Positions 30,513-44,628 of a DNA stretch of 64,000 nt are shown here, piece after piece. Below the pieces are notes generated by a model. The model saw nothing but the letters and a program-made list of their open reading frames with translations. It was not told where the DNA came from and made no database searches. Position 1 is the first letter of the stretch; each line of letters opens with the position of its first letter. Origin of the DNA: Candidatus Aenigmatarchaeota archaeon (GTDB taxonomy: Archaea; Aenigmatarchaeota; Aenigmatarchaeia; CG10238-14; SpSt-28); assembly GCA_038997165.1 (NCBI GenBank), contig JAWBAK010000001.1:440917-504916 (forward strand), in the 5' to 3' direction. Position numbers and translations under genes: made by a program.

Positions 30513-31190
30513 CTATTTATTGAAAAGTCTATATTTTAAACCTTCTTTAATAATCCAGAAAGCAACACCAAAAACTACTTTTATACCTCTTAATATTCTA
30601 CTCTTTCTATGATATTTAACTGTTACAGGTACAAAACCCAATTTTAAATTATTTTTTATACATTCTTTTAGAATCTTTGCTTCAATAATATATCCACCAC
30701 CTAAAACTTTCTTAAGAATTTTTGCTGCTTCAAATTTCATTGCTATATACCCATTACCTAAATCTCTAATATATTTACCAAAAAATAAGAAAAATAAAAA
30801 ACTCCAAAAATAATTTCCAAGCTTATGTCTAAAAGGGACATCTTTCCAACTTCTATATCCCTTAACTAAATCGTATCCTTCTTCTAATTTTTTAATTAAT
30901 CTTGGAGCTTCTTCTGGTAAATGTTGTAAATCAGCATCTATCAAAATTATATATTTCGTATTAGGTAAATTTTCAATTACATATTCGATTCCTGTTCTTA
31001 TGGCAAACCCTTTTCCTTTATTTTTTTTATGTTTAATAACTATTGCTCCACTTTTTTTTGCTATTTCATAAGTTTTATCTCTACTACCATCATCAACTAC
31101 TATTACTTCAAAATTTAGTTTTTTTAATCTTTTTACAACTTCATCTATTGTTTTTTCCTCATTAAATGCAGGAACTATTGCTACTTTCAT
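30513..31190 (-). CDS. family 2 glycosyltransferase (Dol-P-sugar synthase-like)
   Basis: VPAFNEE, VVDDGSRDKT, NKGKG, DADLQH. Confidence 0.93.
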   Translation of the reverse strand: MKVAIVPAFNEEKTIDEVVKRLKKLNFEVIVVDDGSRDKTYEIAKKSGAIVIKHKKNKGKGFAIRTGIEYVIENLPNTKYIILIDADLQHLPEEAPRLIKKLEEGYDLVKGYRSWKDVPFRHKLGNYFWSFLFFLFFGKYIRDLGNGYIAMKFEAAKILKKVLGGGYIIEAKILKECIKNNLKLGFVPVTVKYHRKSRILRGIKVVFGVAFWIIKEGLKYRLFNK

Positions 31191-31192
31191 AT

Positions 31193-31393
31193 TTATTTGA
31201 CAACCATCCTTATATCTTCTTTTTTTAATGTTTTTCTTTTTGAGTTTATCATAATTTCTTTTGCCAATTCTAAAATGTTTCTTGAATATTCTTCAATAAA
31301 AAATTGTAATTCTTCGATCGCATCTTTTGATAATCTTCTAACTTTTAATTCTTTTGCAAGTCTTTTTAATGTATTTATAGGGAATTTCTTCAT
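31193..31393 (-). CDS. archaeal histone (divergent)
   Basis: Histone-fold pattern FP...KRLAK...RLSKDA...LA....KRKTLKKEDI, 66 aa. Confidence 0.85.
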   Translation of the reverse strand: MKKFPINTLKRLAKELKVRRLSKDAIEELQFFIEEYSRNILELAKEIMINSKRKTLKKEDIRMVVK

Positions 31394-31399
31394 AAAATT

Positions 31400-31810
31400 A
31401 TGGAAGATTTTATAATTAAAACAATTTTGATAATAATTTTTAGTGGATTAGTTGGAATTGAAAGAGAAGTAAGACACAAGGCTGCTGGAATAAGAACTCA
31501 TATATTAGTTGGCTTATCTGCATTTATTTTTACACATTTTTCTATATTATATTTTGGTAATGCTGAAGCAGCAAGAATTATAGCAAATATTCTAGTTGGA
31601 ATGGGATTTATAGGGGCAGGAACTATAATTAAAGAAGAACATTCTGAAAAAGTTGTTGGAATAACTACTGCAGCTTCTTTATGGTTTGCTACTTCTATAG
31701 GAATTTTAGTAGGTTTAAATTTCTTAATCGAAGCTTTTATTCTATCTTTAATAGGTTTTTTTATTTTAGCTTCTAAAGAAATTTATTTAATTTTTTCTAA
31801 GAAATATTAA
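31400..31810 (+). CDS. MgtC/SapB family membrane protein
   Basis: GLVGIERE, AGIRTHILV, RIIANILVGMGFIGAGTI, GITTAASLW. Confidence 0.93.
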   Translation: MEDFIIKTILIIIFSGLVGIEREVRHKAAGIRTHILVGLSAFIFTHFSILYFGNAEAARIIANILVGMGFIGAGTIIKEEHSEKVVGITTAASLWFATSIGILVGLNFLIEAFILSLIGFFILASKEIYLIFSKKY

Positions 31811-32224
31811 ATGGTAGTTAGATTTAAGAAAAAAAGGAGGAGAGGAGAAAGGAGTTATCATGGTAGACATGGATATCCAAGAGGCGGAGGAAATAGGGGA
31901 GGAAGAGGTAGATCTGGAAAATTTGATCACAAATTAATGCATTTTTTAAAATATGAGAGAATTGAACAAAAAGGTTTTAAGTATCCGCTAAGAAGGGAGA
32001 AAAAAATTATAAATTTACAAAATCTTTCAAATTTAATTGATAGATTAATTTTTAATGGAGAAATAAATGAAAATAATATAGAAATAGATTTAAATAAATT
32101 TGGCTATGAAAAGTTAGTTTCAAAAGGTGAAATTAATAAAAGAATTATTGTAAAAGTAAAAAGTGCATCAAAAAAAGCTATTGAAAAAATAGAAAAAGTG
32201 GGAGGTAAAGTTATTTTAACTTAA
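31811..32224 (+). CDS. rpl15: 50S ribosomal protein uL15
   Basis: RGGGNRGGRGRSG, IDLNKFGYEKL..KG, ASKKAIEKIEKVGG; precedes secY. Confidence 0.93.
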   Translation: MVVRFKKKRRRGERSYHGRHGYPRGGGNRGGRGRSGKFDHKLMHFLKYERIEQKGFKYPLRREKKIINLQNLSNLIDRLIFNGEINENNIEIDLNKFGYEKLVSKGEINKRIIVKVKSASKKAIEKIEKVGGKVILT

Positions 32225-32227
32225 AGT

Positions 32228-33661
32228 ATGAATATAGATATAGAAAAAATAGTTTCATATTTTCCTTCTGTAGAAAAATTAAAAAGAGGTTTATCCTTTA
32301 AAGAAAAATTGAAATGGATGTTAATTATTCTATTGGTTTATTTTTTTCTTTATCATATTCCATTAATTGGAATTCTCCCAATTTATCAAGCTCCTAATCC
32401 TTTAGTTGCTTTATATTCTACATTAACAGGTGCAAGAATTGGAAGTATATTAACTTTAGGTATTGCCCCAATTTTAACTTCTTCTATTATAGTTCAAATT
32501 TTAGTTGCTTCAAAAATTATAAGTTGGGATATAAGAGAACCCGAAGAAAGAAAAAAAATTAGAGCATTAGAAAAATTAATGGCTATTATTTTTATATTTG
32601 TAGAAGGATTTGTTTTTACATTTTCTATAGGTAATTTTTTTCCTATAAAAAAAGGTTTTGAGTTTTTAATTTTTTTTCAAATTGTTTTGGGAGGATTTAT
32701 ATCTTTTCTTTTAGCCGACGCTTTAGATAAAATCGATATTGGAGGAATAAATCTAATAATTTTAGCTGGAATAATTTCTTCATTTTTTATAAGTTTATTT
32801 AGTCCGTTTTCTATTTCAAAAAACGGTAATTATATTCTATGGTTTCAAGAAAAAGATGCATATCCAATTGGAAAAGTAATTTCTTTATTTGTAGCAATGC
32901 AAAGAAACAATTTTGAAATATTTGTTACAAGTTTTATTTCTTTATTTTCAACATTTTTATTAATTTTCTTTGTAATTTATATTTTAAGATCTATAATAGA
33001 AATTCCCATTCTTCATTTTCAAATTAGAGGTTTTGGAAGACCTTTAGAATTTAGTTTGTTTTATACTTCAGTATTACCAATTATTTTTGGTTCTGCACTG
33101 TTAGCAAATTTAAATTTAATGTTTTTGGCTTCTGCTTCAACTTATATAGATGAATATAGATGCGGAATTTTTGGATGTTTTGATGCTAATAATAATCCAA
33201 TAAGTGGAATTGCTTATTATTTATCTTCTCCTAGAAATTTAATTTTTGAATTTATTGGTTTTGGAAATAGAGAAAAATTGTTTAATGAAATTATAAGGTT
33301 AATAATATTCTTTTTATTTTTTACTTTTATTTTGGTTGTATTTTCTTGGATTTGGACATATACGGCAGGAATGGATCCAGAATCTATTGCAGAAAATTTA
33401 ACATATTATGGGTTTGGAATTAGTGGTTATAGAGTTGATGAAAGAATTGTAAAAGATGTTTTAAATAGATATATTCCTTATTTAACAATTTTAAGTGGAA
33501 TTTTTGGTGCCTTAATAGCTACCTTAGCTGATATTAGTGGAAGCGTTTTAGTTTCGACTTCTTTAATAATTTTAGTTTCTGCATCTTATAACTATTTATT
33601 AATGTTTAAAAGAGAAAGAAGTGAAGATATACCAACTATAATTAAAAAATTTTTAGAATGA
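32228..33661 (+). CDS. secY: preprotein translocase subunit SecY
   Basis: FKEKLKW, GSILTLGIAPILTSSIIVQIL, FYTSVLPII, LNRYIPYLT; about 10 TM segments. Confidence 0.93.
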   Translation: MNIDIEKIVSYFPSVEKLKRGLSFKEKLKWMLIILLVYFFLYHIPLIGILPIYQAPNPLVALYSTLTGARIGSILTLGIAPILTSSIIVQILVASKIISWDIREPEERKKIRALEKLMAIIFIFVEGFVFTFSIGNFFPIKKGFEFLIFFQIVLGGFISFLLADALDKIDIGGINLIILAGIISSFFISLFSPFSISKNGNYILWFQEKDAYPIGKVISLFVAMQRNNFEIFVTSFISLFSTFLLIFFVIYILRSIIEIPILHFQIRGFGRPLEFSLFYTSVLPIIFGSALLANLNLMFLASASTYIDEYRCGIFGCFDANNNPISGIAYYLSSPRNLIFEFIGFGNREKLFNEIIRLIIFFLFFTFILVVFSWIWTYTAGMDPESIAENLTYYGFGISGYRVDERIVKDVLNRYIPYLTILSGIFGALIATLADISGSVLVSTSLIILVSASYNYLLMFKRERSEDIPTIIKKFLE

Positions 33662-34029
33662 GTTTTTTAGTAATTTTAATATTTGCAATGTTTTATTCAA
33701 TTTTTTCTACTATTATAGATTTTTTTGTTGAAAGAGATAAAGAAATTCAAAAAATATCTAAAAAAATTGAAAGTTATTTAAAGAAAAACTTAAAAGAAAA
33801 GGCGTTCGAAAATTACCTCAAACTTTTTGAGAATATGAAAAAATATATTATTTTAAATATTTCTATAGGAGTTTTTATATTTATAATTCTTTTGCTTCTA
33901 TTAAATAATACTCAAATATTAATGCCAGTTTTAAATATATCAATTAGTTGGTTTTGGATTTATATAATTTTTTGCTTAATCTTTAAATATTTTTTTAAAC
34001 TAATTTTTAAAGCATGGGAAAAGAAGTAA
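33658..34029 (+). CDS. membrane protein, probable reduced DUF106/EMC3-TMCO1 (Oxa1 superfamily) homolog
   Basis: TM-coiled coil-TM-TM layout, WFWIYI motif, conserved position between secY and L34e. Confidence 0.55.
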   Translation: MSFLVILIFAMFYSIFSTIIDFFVERDKEIQKISKKIESYLKKNLKEKAFENYLKLFENMKKYIILNISIGVFIFIILLLLLNNTQILMPVLNISISWFWIYIIFCLIFKYFFKLIFKAWEKK

Positions 34030-34217
34030 AAGTATATGGATTTGTAAGATGTGCAAAATGTAGGGGAATAATACATGGAGTTCCTAAAGCTCATAAGTTA
34101 AAAAAATTATCATTATCTAAAAAAAGGGTTGAAAGAATATTTGGTGGTTATCTATGTTCAAAATGTGCTAGAGAAACTATTAAAGAAAAAATAAGAAAAA
34201 TATTTAGATTAGTATGA
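34014..34217 (+). CDS. rpl34e: 50S ribosomal protein L34e (N-terminally short)
   Basis: [26 protein letters not shown]. Confidence 0.9.
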   Translation: MGKEVKVYGFVRCAKCRGIIHGVPKAHKLKKLSLSKKRVERIFGGYLCSKCARETIKEKIRKIFRLV

Positions 34218-34822
34218 ATAAGCTATTAATTCCTAGAAAAATTTATTTGAAATATTTTTTACCTCTAGGAAAGGGGAAAAATAATTTGATGAAGAAATTT
34301 ATTTATAAAGAATTGCCTAATGGAAATGTTATTTTAAATATTAGAGAAATAGATAGAAGAATAAGAATGTTAGCTAAATATTTAGTTAATAAGAATGTTA
34401 TGATAATAAATAGAAATAAAAAATATTTTTATGCTTTAAAAAAATTTGAAGAAATAACTGGAATAAAGGTTTATTTAGGAAGATTTTTACCAGGTACTTT
34501 TACTAATTATATGAGTGAAAATTTTAAAGAACCAGATGCAATTTTAGTTTTTGATTTAATAAATGATAATCAAGCAGTTAGAGAGGCTTACGATATGAAC
34601 ATTCCAATTTTTGCTTTATGTAATTCTGTTTCGAATCCTTCTAAAGTAGATTTTATAATTCCTATAAATAATAAAAGTAGAAAATCAATTGCATTATTTT
34701 TATATTTACTAGCTAGAGAAATTTGTTATACTAAAAAAATTATTAAGGATTATAAAGAATTTAAATATAATATTGAAGATTTCATAGAAAAGAGATCAGA
34801 AAAAGAAATTTCTATTAAATAG
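34214..34822 (+). CDS. rps2: 30S ribosomal protein uS2
   Basis: [44 protein letters not shown]. Confidence 0.93.
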   Translation: MNKLLIPRKIYLKYFLPLGKGKNNLMKKFIYKELPNGNVILNIREIDRRIRMLAKYLVNKNVMIINRNKKYFYALKKFEEITGIKVYLGRFLPGTFTNYMSENFKEPDAILVFDLINDNQAVREAYDMNIPIFALCNSVSNPSKVDFIIPINNKSRKSIALFLYLLAREICYTKKIIKDYKEFKYNIEDFIEKRSEKEISIK

Positions 34823-34969
34823 ATTATAAATGTTTATGTTTTTTGATAACTCTTAAACTAATTTTAATCTTTATCGAGATTTATTTAATAAATTTTTTCC
34901 AGTAGATAAATTTTCTTAGAGGAATTTCTAAAATATTTTTTAGGCTCAAAATTTTCAAAAAAATATTTT

Positions 34970-35070
34970 TGCCCCGGCCGGGATTTGAACCCGGGTCTGC
35001 GGCTTTCCTTTCATTAATCAATCCTTTCTGATCGAAAGGCCGCCATCCTTGGCCGCTAGACGACCGGGGC
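34970..35070 (-). tRNA. tRNA-Glu(TTC) with 28-nt intron at 37/38 (intron 35005-35032)
   Basis: Acceptor GCCCCGG/CCGGGGC, anticodon stem GCGGC/GCCGC, loop CT TTC G|A. BHB: central helix CTTT/AAGG, bulges CGA and AAA, intron helix TCA/TGA. Confidence 0.93.
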
Positions 35071-35114
35071 AAATAATTAACATAAATATTTTTAAAACTT
35101 ATTTATATTTTCTT

Positions 35115-35501
35115 ATGCAACATAATTTACTAGCAGATGCATTATCAAAAATTAAGAATGCAGAAAGAATAGGTAAAAAAGAGGTAATTATAAAAAGAAG
35201 TAAATTAGTAGAAAATGTTTTGAAAGTTATGCAGGAAAATAAATATATTGGAAGATATGAAATAATTCCTGATAATAAACAAGGATTAATAAGAGTTGAA
35301 TTAAAAAACAAAATAGTTGATTGTAATGTGATTTCTCCAAGATTTTCAGTAAAGGTAAATGAAATTGAAAAGTATGAAAAAAGATTTTTACCAGCAAAAG
35401 GAGTTGGTATACTTATTCTAACAACTTCAAAAGGAGTTATTGATAATAAAAAAGCAAAAGAGTTACACATAGGCGGAAAATTATTGGCATATGTTTACTA
35501 A
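35115..35501 (+). CDS. rps8: 30S ribosomal protein uS8 (start at ATG 35115, not 35049)
   Basis: LADALSKIKNAE, ISPRFSV, EKRFLPA, LTTSKGV, GGKLLAYVY. Confidence 0.96.
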   Translation: MQHNLLADALSKIKNAERIGKKEVIIKRSKLVENVLKVMQENKYIGRYEIIPDNKQGLIRVELKNKIVDCNVISPRFSVKVNEIEKYEKRFLPAKGVGILILTTSKGVIDNKKAKELHIGGKLLAYVY

Positions 35502-36066
35502 CACAAAAACAGAAAAAATATATAAGGAAGAAATTGAGATTCCAGAAGATGTAAAAATAGAAATTAAAGATAATAAAATATTTGTAGAAGGAAAGTTTGG
35601 AAAAACTTATAAAGAAATAAAACATATTTCGTTAAATAAAATAATATTTTTTAAAATAGAGAACAACAAGTTTATTGCATATACTTTGAAAACAAAAAAA
35701 GAATACATTGCTATGGTTAATACTATAATCGCGCATGTAAAAAATTTAATTGAGGGTGTAACAAAAGGATACGAATACGTTATGAAAATAGTTTATTCAC
35801 ACTTTCCAATAAAAGTTGAAATTAAAGAAGAAAAAGTATTTATATATAATTTTTTAGGAGAAAAAAGACCTAGAATTGCAAATATAGTTGGAAATACTAA
35901 AGTAGAACTAAAGGAAAGTTATTTAATTGTTAGTGGAAATAATATTGAAGAAGTTGGGCAAACATGTAATAATATCGAGCAAGCGACAAGAATTTCCAAG
36001 TGGGATAGAAGAGTTTTTCAAGATGGAATATTTTTGATCGAAAGAAGAAATATTATAAAAGAATGA
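35491..36066 (+). CDS. rpl6: 50S ribosomal protein uL6
   Basis: GVTKGYEYVMKIVYSHFPI, NFLGEK, DRRVFQDGI. Confidence 0.96.
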   Translation: MFTNTKTEKIYKEEIEIPEDVKIEIKDNKIFVEGKFGKTYKEIKHISLNKIIFFKIENNKFIAYTLKTKKEYIAMVNTIIAHVKNLIEGVTKGYEYVMKIVYSHFPIKVEIKEEKVFIYNFLGEKRPRIANIVGNTKVELKESYLIVSGNNIEEVGQTCNNIEQATRISKWDRRVFQDGIFLIERRNIIKE

Positions 36067-36425
36067 ACCCAAGAAAATTACCAGAATTTAAAAGACAATT
36101 AAAAGATTCAGTAAAAAGATTAAAAGGGAAGTGGAGAAAGCCGAGGGGAAAACAAAGTAAGATGAGGCTTCATAAAAAAGGTAAGCCAAAAGTAGTAAGA
36201 ATCGGTTATGGAGCACCAAAAGATTTAAAGTATAAAAATAGGGCAGGTTTTTATGAAATTTTAATAGAAAGTATAAATGATTTAGAAAAAATCAAAAATT
36301 TAGATAGGAATTTATATGCAATAAGAATTTCTTCTAAAATAGGAAAGAAAAAAAGAATTGAAATAGAAAATAAAATAAAAGAACTTGGTTTTAAAATTTT
36401 AAATCCTAAGTATGTTGCTTCCTAA
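36063..36425 (+). CDS. rpl32e: 50S ribosomal protein L32e
   Basis: PEFKRQ, WRKPRGKQSKMR, IGYG, KILNP. Confidence 0.95.
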   Translation: MNPRKLPEFKRQLKDSVKRLKGKWRKPRGKQSKMRLHKKGKPKVVRIGYGAPKDLKYKNRAGFYEILIESINDLEKIKNLDRNLYAIRISSKIGKKKRIEIENKIKELGFKILNPKYVAS

Positions 36426-37104
36426 TCACATTGGAATAATTCCAGATGGTAATAGAAGATGGGCAACAAAAAAAGGATTAGCTCCTTATATAGGTCATTG
36501 GTATGGCGCAAAAAAATTGGAAGAAATATGCAAATTTATCTTTGAATTAGGAATAAAAAAATTAAGCATATATACTTTATCTACTGAAAATTTAAAAAAT
36601 AGAAAAAAAGAAGAAATAAACGAATTATTTAAAATTTTTAAGACATATTTTAGAAAATGGTTAAAAGGAGAGTTCAAGGAAATTGATCTTTATGAAGTTA
36701 AAATAAACTTTTTTGGAAATTTTTTTATCTTACCAAAATCATTAGTAAAACTAATGAAAAAAATAATGCAAAAAACTTCAAAATATAACAAAAGAATTTT
36801 AAATATTCTTATTGCATATGGTGGAACTTATGAAATATTAAGAGCTGTTAAAGAAATGATAAAAAGAAAAGTAAAAATTGAAAAAATTGATGAGAAAGAA
36901 ATAAAGAAATATTTGTTTGTAAAAGATGATGTTGATTTAATAATAAGAACTGGCGGCTATTCAAGATTATCAAATTTTTTACCTTTACAATCTACATATG
37001 CCGAAATTTATGTAACAAAAAAACTTTGGCCTGATATTACTAAAAAAGATATTTTAGATGCAATTAAGTGGTATAGTAGAATTCAAAGAAAATTTGGTAA
37101 ATGA
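36412..37104 (+). CDS. uppS: cis-prenyltransferase (polyprenyl diphosphate synthase)
   Basis: HIGIIPDGNRRWA, STEN..R, DLIIRTGG..RLSNFL, WPD, QRKFGK. Confidence 0.95.
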   Translation: MLLPNHIGIIPDGNRRWATKKGLAPYIGHWYGAKKLEEICKFIFELGIKKLSIYTLSTENLKNRKKEEINELFKIFKTYFRKWLKGEFKEIDLYEVKINFFGNFFILPKSLVKLMKKIMQKTSKYNKRILNILIAYGGTYEILRAVKEMIKRKVKIEKIDEKEIKKYLFVKDDVDLIIRTGGYSRLSNFLPLQSTYAEIYVTKKLWPDITKKDILDAIKWYSRIQRKFGK

Positions 37105-38114
37105 TAATTATTATAGGTGCGGGAATTTCTGGTTTAAGTTTATCCTATTTTTTATCTTCTTTTGGAATAAAAAATTTAGTAATAGAAGTGAAAAAAGATG
37201 TTGGGATTAAGCATAGAAGCACTTGTTTAGTTTCTTCGAAAATTTTTAGATTACTAAAAGTTTTAAGTAAAAATATAATTTTGAAAAATTATAGAGTTGC
37301 AAACTTTTGGTATGAAAATAAAAAAATATTTAGTGTAAAGAGTAAAAAAGAAATGTTTTTATTAGATTATTTACAATTAGAAAAAGAAATATTCAATAAT
37401 ATCGATAAAACATTTTCTAATTTTTTATTCGAAGAAAAAGTTTTAGATGTTAATTTTGACAAAAACATTTTAATTACAAACAAAAGAAAAATAAAATTTG
37501 AATATATTATAGATGCTACAGGAACCTTTTCTTTTTTAGCAAATAAGTTTAATTTGTTTAAATTTAAGAAAATATTTAATTCTTTTGAGATTTTAGCTAT
37601 TCCAAAAAAGAAATTTGAGGATATTAATATATTTTTCGATAGAAAATTTTCAAAAACTAAATTTGGTTGGTATATAGATTTAAGCGGAAAATCACTCATT
37701 GGATTAATTGATCAGAAGTTGGATTTTCAAAAATTTTTGAATTTTATTAAAAAATTCGAAATTGTAAAAATATATTATTCATATTCTCATCCTATATTAT
37801 ATTGTGAATTAAAGAAATTACGATTAAAAAATAGTTTAATAATAGGAGAAGCTGCTGGTCTAATAAAACCATTTAGTTTAGGTGGAATAACTTATGGAAT
37901 AATTTCTTCATTCATTGCAGCTAAAACAATTAAAAATAATGAGATAGAAAAGTATGAAGATAAAATAAGAAAAATCTTTTTAAAGCCAATAATTTTTGGT
38001 AAATTCATAGATAAAATATTAAAATATAAAGTTTTTTTACAAACTATTTATTTTTTTAGATTAAACAATTTATTTAATTTTTTAGATCCTGACTTTATGA
38101 ATATAAACATTTAA
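37101..38114 (+). CDS. FAD-dependent oxidoreductase, geranylgeranyl-reductase-like (divergent)
   Basis: Rossmann IIGAGISG, IDATG, IGEAAGLIKPFSLGGI. Confidence 0.75.
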   Translation: MIIIIGAGISGLSLSYFLSSFGIKNLVIEVKKDVGIKHRSTCLVSSKIFRLLKVLSKNIILKNYRVANFWYENKKIFSVKSKKEMFLLDYLQLEKEIFNNIDKTFSNFLFEEKVLDVNFDKNILITNKRKIKFEYIIDATGTFSFLANKFNLFKFKKIFNSFEILAIPKKKFEDINIFFDRKFSKTKFGWYIDLSGKSLIGLIDQKLDFQKFLNFIKKFEIVKIYYSYSHPILYCELKKLRLKNSLIIGEAAGLIKPFSLGGITYGIISSFIAAKTIKNNEIEKYEDKIRKIFLKPIIFGKFIDKILKYKVFLQTIYFFRLNNLFNFLDPDFMNINI

Positions 38115-38520
38115 TTCCTCTACATTCGTAAAATATTTGTTTATCTTTAAAACCTTCGCAAATACCAGCTACTATTATTGTTATTTGTGTTTTATTGCAT
38201 TCGAACTCTATATTTTCAGTTATAATATTTCCAACGTCTAAAACATTTATCATTTTTGTAAGATTTTTTCCTTTATCTAAACAAATAAAATCTATAGTTA
38301 CATTCTCAGATTTTTTTCCAGCTTTGTGTTGTAGAACACAAGTATTTATATGAGTATTATTGTGACTACATTTTAGTTCAATTGTATTCATACAAATATC
38401 TGGAATATTTGATGTTTGAAAAGAAATATAGGAATTAAAAAAATGCCATAAAAAAACAGCAGCTCCAACAGTTATAATTGCTAATAAAACAGTAGCTATT
38501 AATGGACTAATTCCTTTCAT
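38095..38520 (-). CDS. archaeal type IV pilin-like protein (class III signal peptide)
   Basis: MKG|ISPLIATVLLAIITVGAAVFLW canonical prepilin N-terminus; Cys-containing globular head. Confidence 0.88.
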   Translation of the reverse strand: MKGISPLIATVLLAIITVGAAVFLWHFFNSYISFQTSNIPDICMNTIELKCSHNNTHINTCVLQHKAGKKSENVTIDFICLDKGKNLTKMINVLDVGNIITENIEFECNKTQITIIVAGICEGFKDKQIFYECRGIKCLYS

Positions 38521-38591
38521 AAAAAATAACTTTTACTTAAAAAATTATATATAGTCAAATAAAGGTATAAATATATTTATATAAAATATAT

Positions 38592-38837
38592 ATGGAGGAA
38601 AACAAAAAAAATATAATTTTTAATCATTTTTTATCTCCAAAATATTCGATACTTTCTGAAAATGAAAAAGAAGAACTACTAAAAAAATATAATGTTAAAT
38701 TATCTCAACTACCAAAAATATTTATTGATGATCCTGTAGTTAAAGCTTTGGGAGCAAAAGTTGGTGATATAATAAAAATAGAAAGAAATATATTAGGAAT
38801 AAAATCAATATATTATAGAGTGGTTGTAGAAAGATGA
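38592..38837 (+). CDS. rpoH: RNA polymerase subunit H (Rpo5)
   Basis: HFLSPK, QLPKI..DDPVV, GDIIKIER, YYRVV. Confidence 0.96.
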   Translation: MEENKKNIIFNHFLSPKYSILSENEKEELLKKYNVKLSQLPKIFIDDPVVKALGAKVGDIIKIERNILGIKSIYYRVVVER

Positions 38838-40350
38838 ACCAAAATCTATTAATTACATTACTTTTGAAATCGTATATAGAAGAAAATGGATTAGTTAAGT
38901 ATCAAATAGATTCATATAATGATTTTGTGACTAGAAGATTTCCAAAATTAGTTAGAAGTGTTGGAACAGTTAAGCCAGAAATTCCGGAATTAGGAGATAT
39001 AAAAATTCATTTTATAGATGCGAGAGTTAATAATTATCCAACATTTGTAGAAGCTGATGGAGTTGTAAGAGGAGAAAATAATCCATTATTACCATTTGAA
39101 GCAAGAATAAGAGGTTTAACTTATTCTACTCCAATGTATTTAAAAGTTATTACAGAGGTAGGTGGAATTAAAAGTGATCCAATTGAAGTTTATTTTGGTC
39201 AATTACCTGTAATGGTTAAATCGATTATATGTCCGTTATCTAGAATGAGTAGAGAAGAATTGATTAAAGTAAGAGAAGATCCAGATGATCCTGGGGGATA
39301 TTTTATAATTAATGGTGTAGAAAGAAATTTAATTTTGATTGAAGAACTTGCAAATAATAAGCCAATAGTTAGAAAAGTTGATCAAAATAATATAATTGTA
39401 AATTGTAGAGTAAATTCAGAAAGAGAAGGATATATTGTTAAACATCTTTTTGAATTAAAGAAAAACGGAATATTATTAGCTACATTTTCTGCTTTAAGAG
39501 ATTTTCCATTAGTAATTCTATTTAAGGCATTAGGAATAGAAAGTGATGAAACTTTATTAAATTTAATTTCAGAAGATAAAGACGTTCAAGAAGAATTTAT
39601 TATAAATTTATATGAATATCCTATAACTACTCAAGAAGAAGCTTTAGATAAAATTGGAGAATATTTAAAAATTCCTCAAAAAAGATTAAGGAAAGAAAGA
39701 GCTGAAATGATTATAGATAAATACTTTCTTCTTCATTTAGGTCAAACTAAAAAAGATAGAATAAATAAAGCAATATTTTTGGCAAAAATTGTCGAAAGAA
39801 TGTATAAGGTTGCTCTAGGAAAGGAAAAAGAAGATGATATTGATCATTATGCAAATAAAAGAGTAAGATTAGCTGGAGAATTATTTGAAATTTTATTTAG
39901 AACAATTTTAAAAGGAAAGCAAGGAGTAATAAATAGAATGATATTTAATTATCAAAAACTCGCAAAAAGAGGAGGTTTACCTCCAATTCATGCTGCAATA
40001 GATGCAAATTTTGTTACTAATATTGTTCAATCTGTTATGGCAGTAGGAACATGGATTGGAAATAGAACTGGTACATCTCAAAGATTAGAAAGAACTAATT
40101 TCAATAAAACATTAACACATTTAAGAGTTGTTAGCTCTCCACTAAAATCTACACAAGAACATTTTGAAGCTAGAGAGTTGCATCCAACACATTTTGGAAA
40201 ATTATGCCTAGTAGAAACACCAGAAGGACCAACTATAGGTTTGAGAAAACATTTAGCTATTTTTAGTGAAATAACTTTTGGAGTTAGTGATGAAGAAAGA
40301 GAAAAAATAAAAAAATTAATTGAAGAAGACATAGAATATAAAGTTGAATT

Positions 40351-40354
<4 letters not shown>
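38834..40354 (+). CDS. rpoB2: RNA polymerase subunit B'' (Rpo2N)
   Basis: QIDSYNDF, EARIRGLTYS, DPGGYFIINGVER, DHYANKRVRLAG, ETPEGPTIGL. Confidence 0.96.

Positions 40355-44599
<4,245 letters not shown>

Positions 44600-44628
<29 letters not shown>

Noticed and set aside
34881..35114. ORF 34881-35072 (-) and the 35049 start for uS8
   Set aside because: Both overlap tRNA-Glu. uS8 homology starts at ATG 35115, and the minus ORF is at most a relic (see findings).
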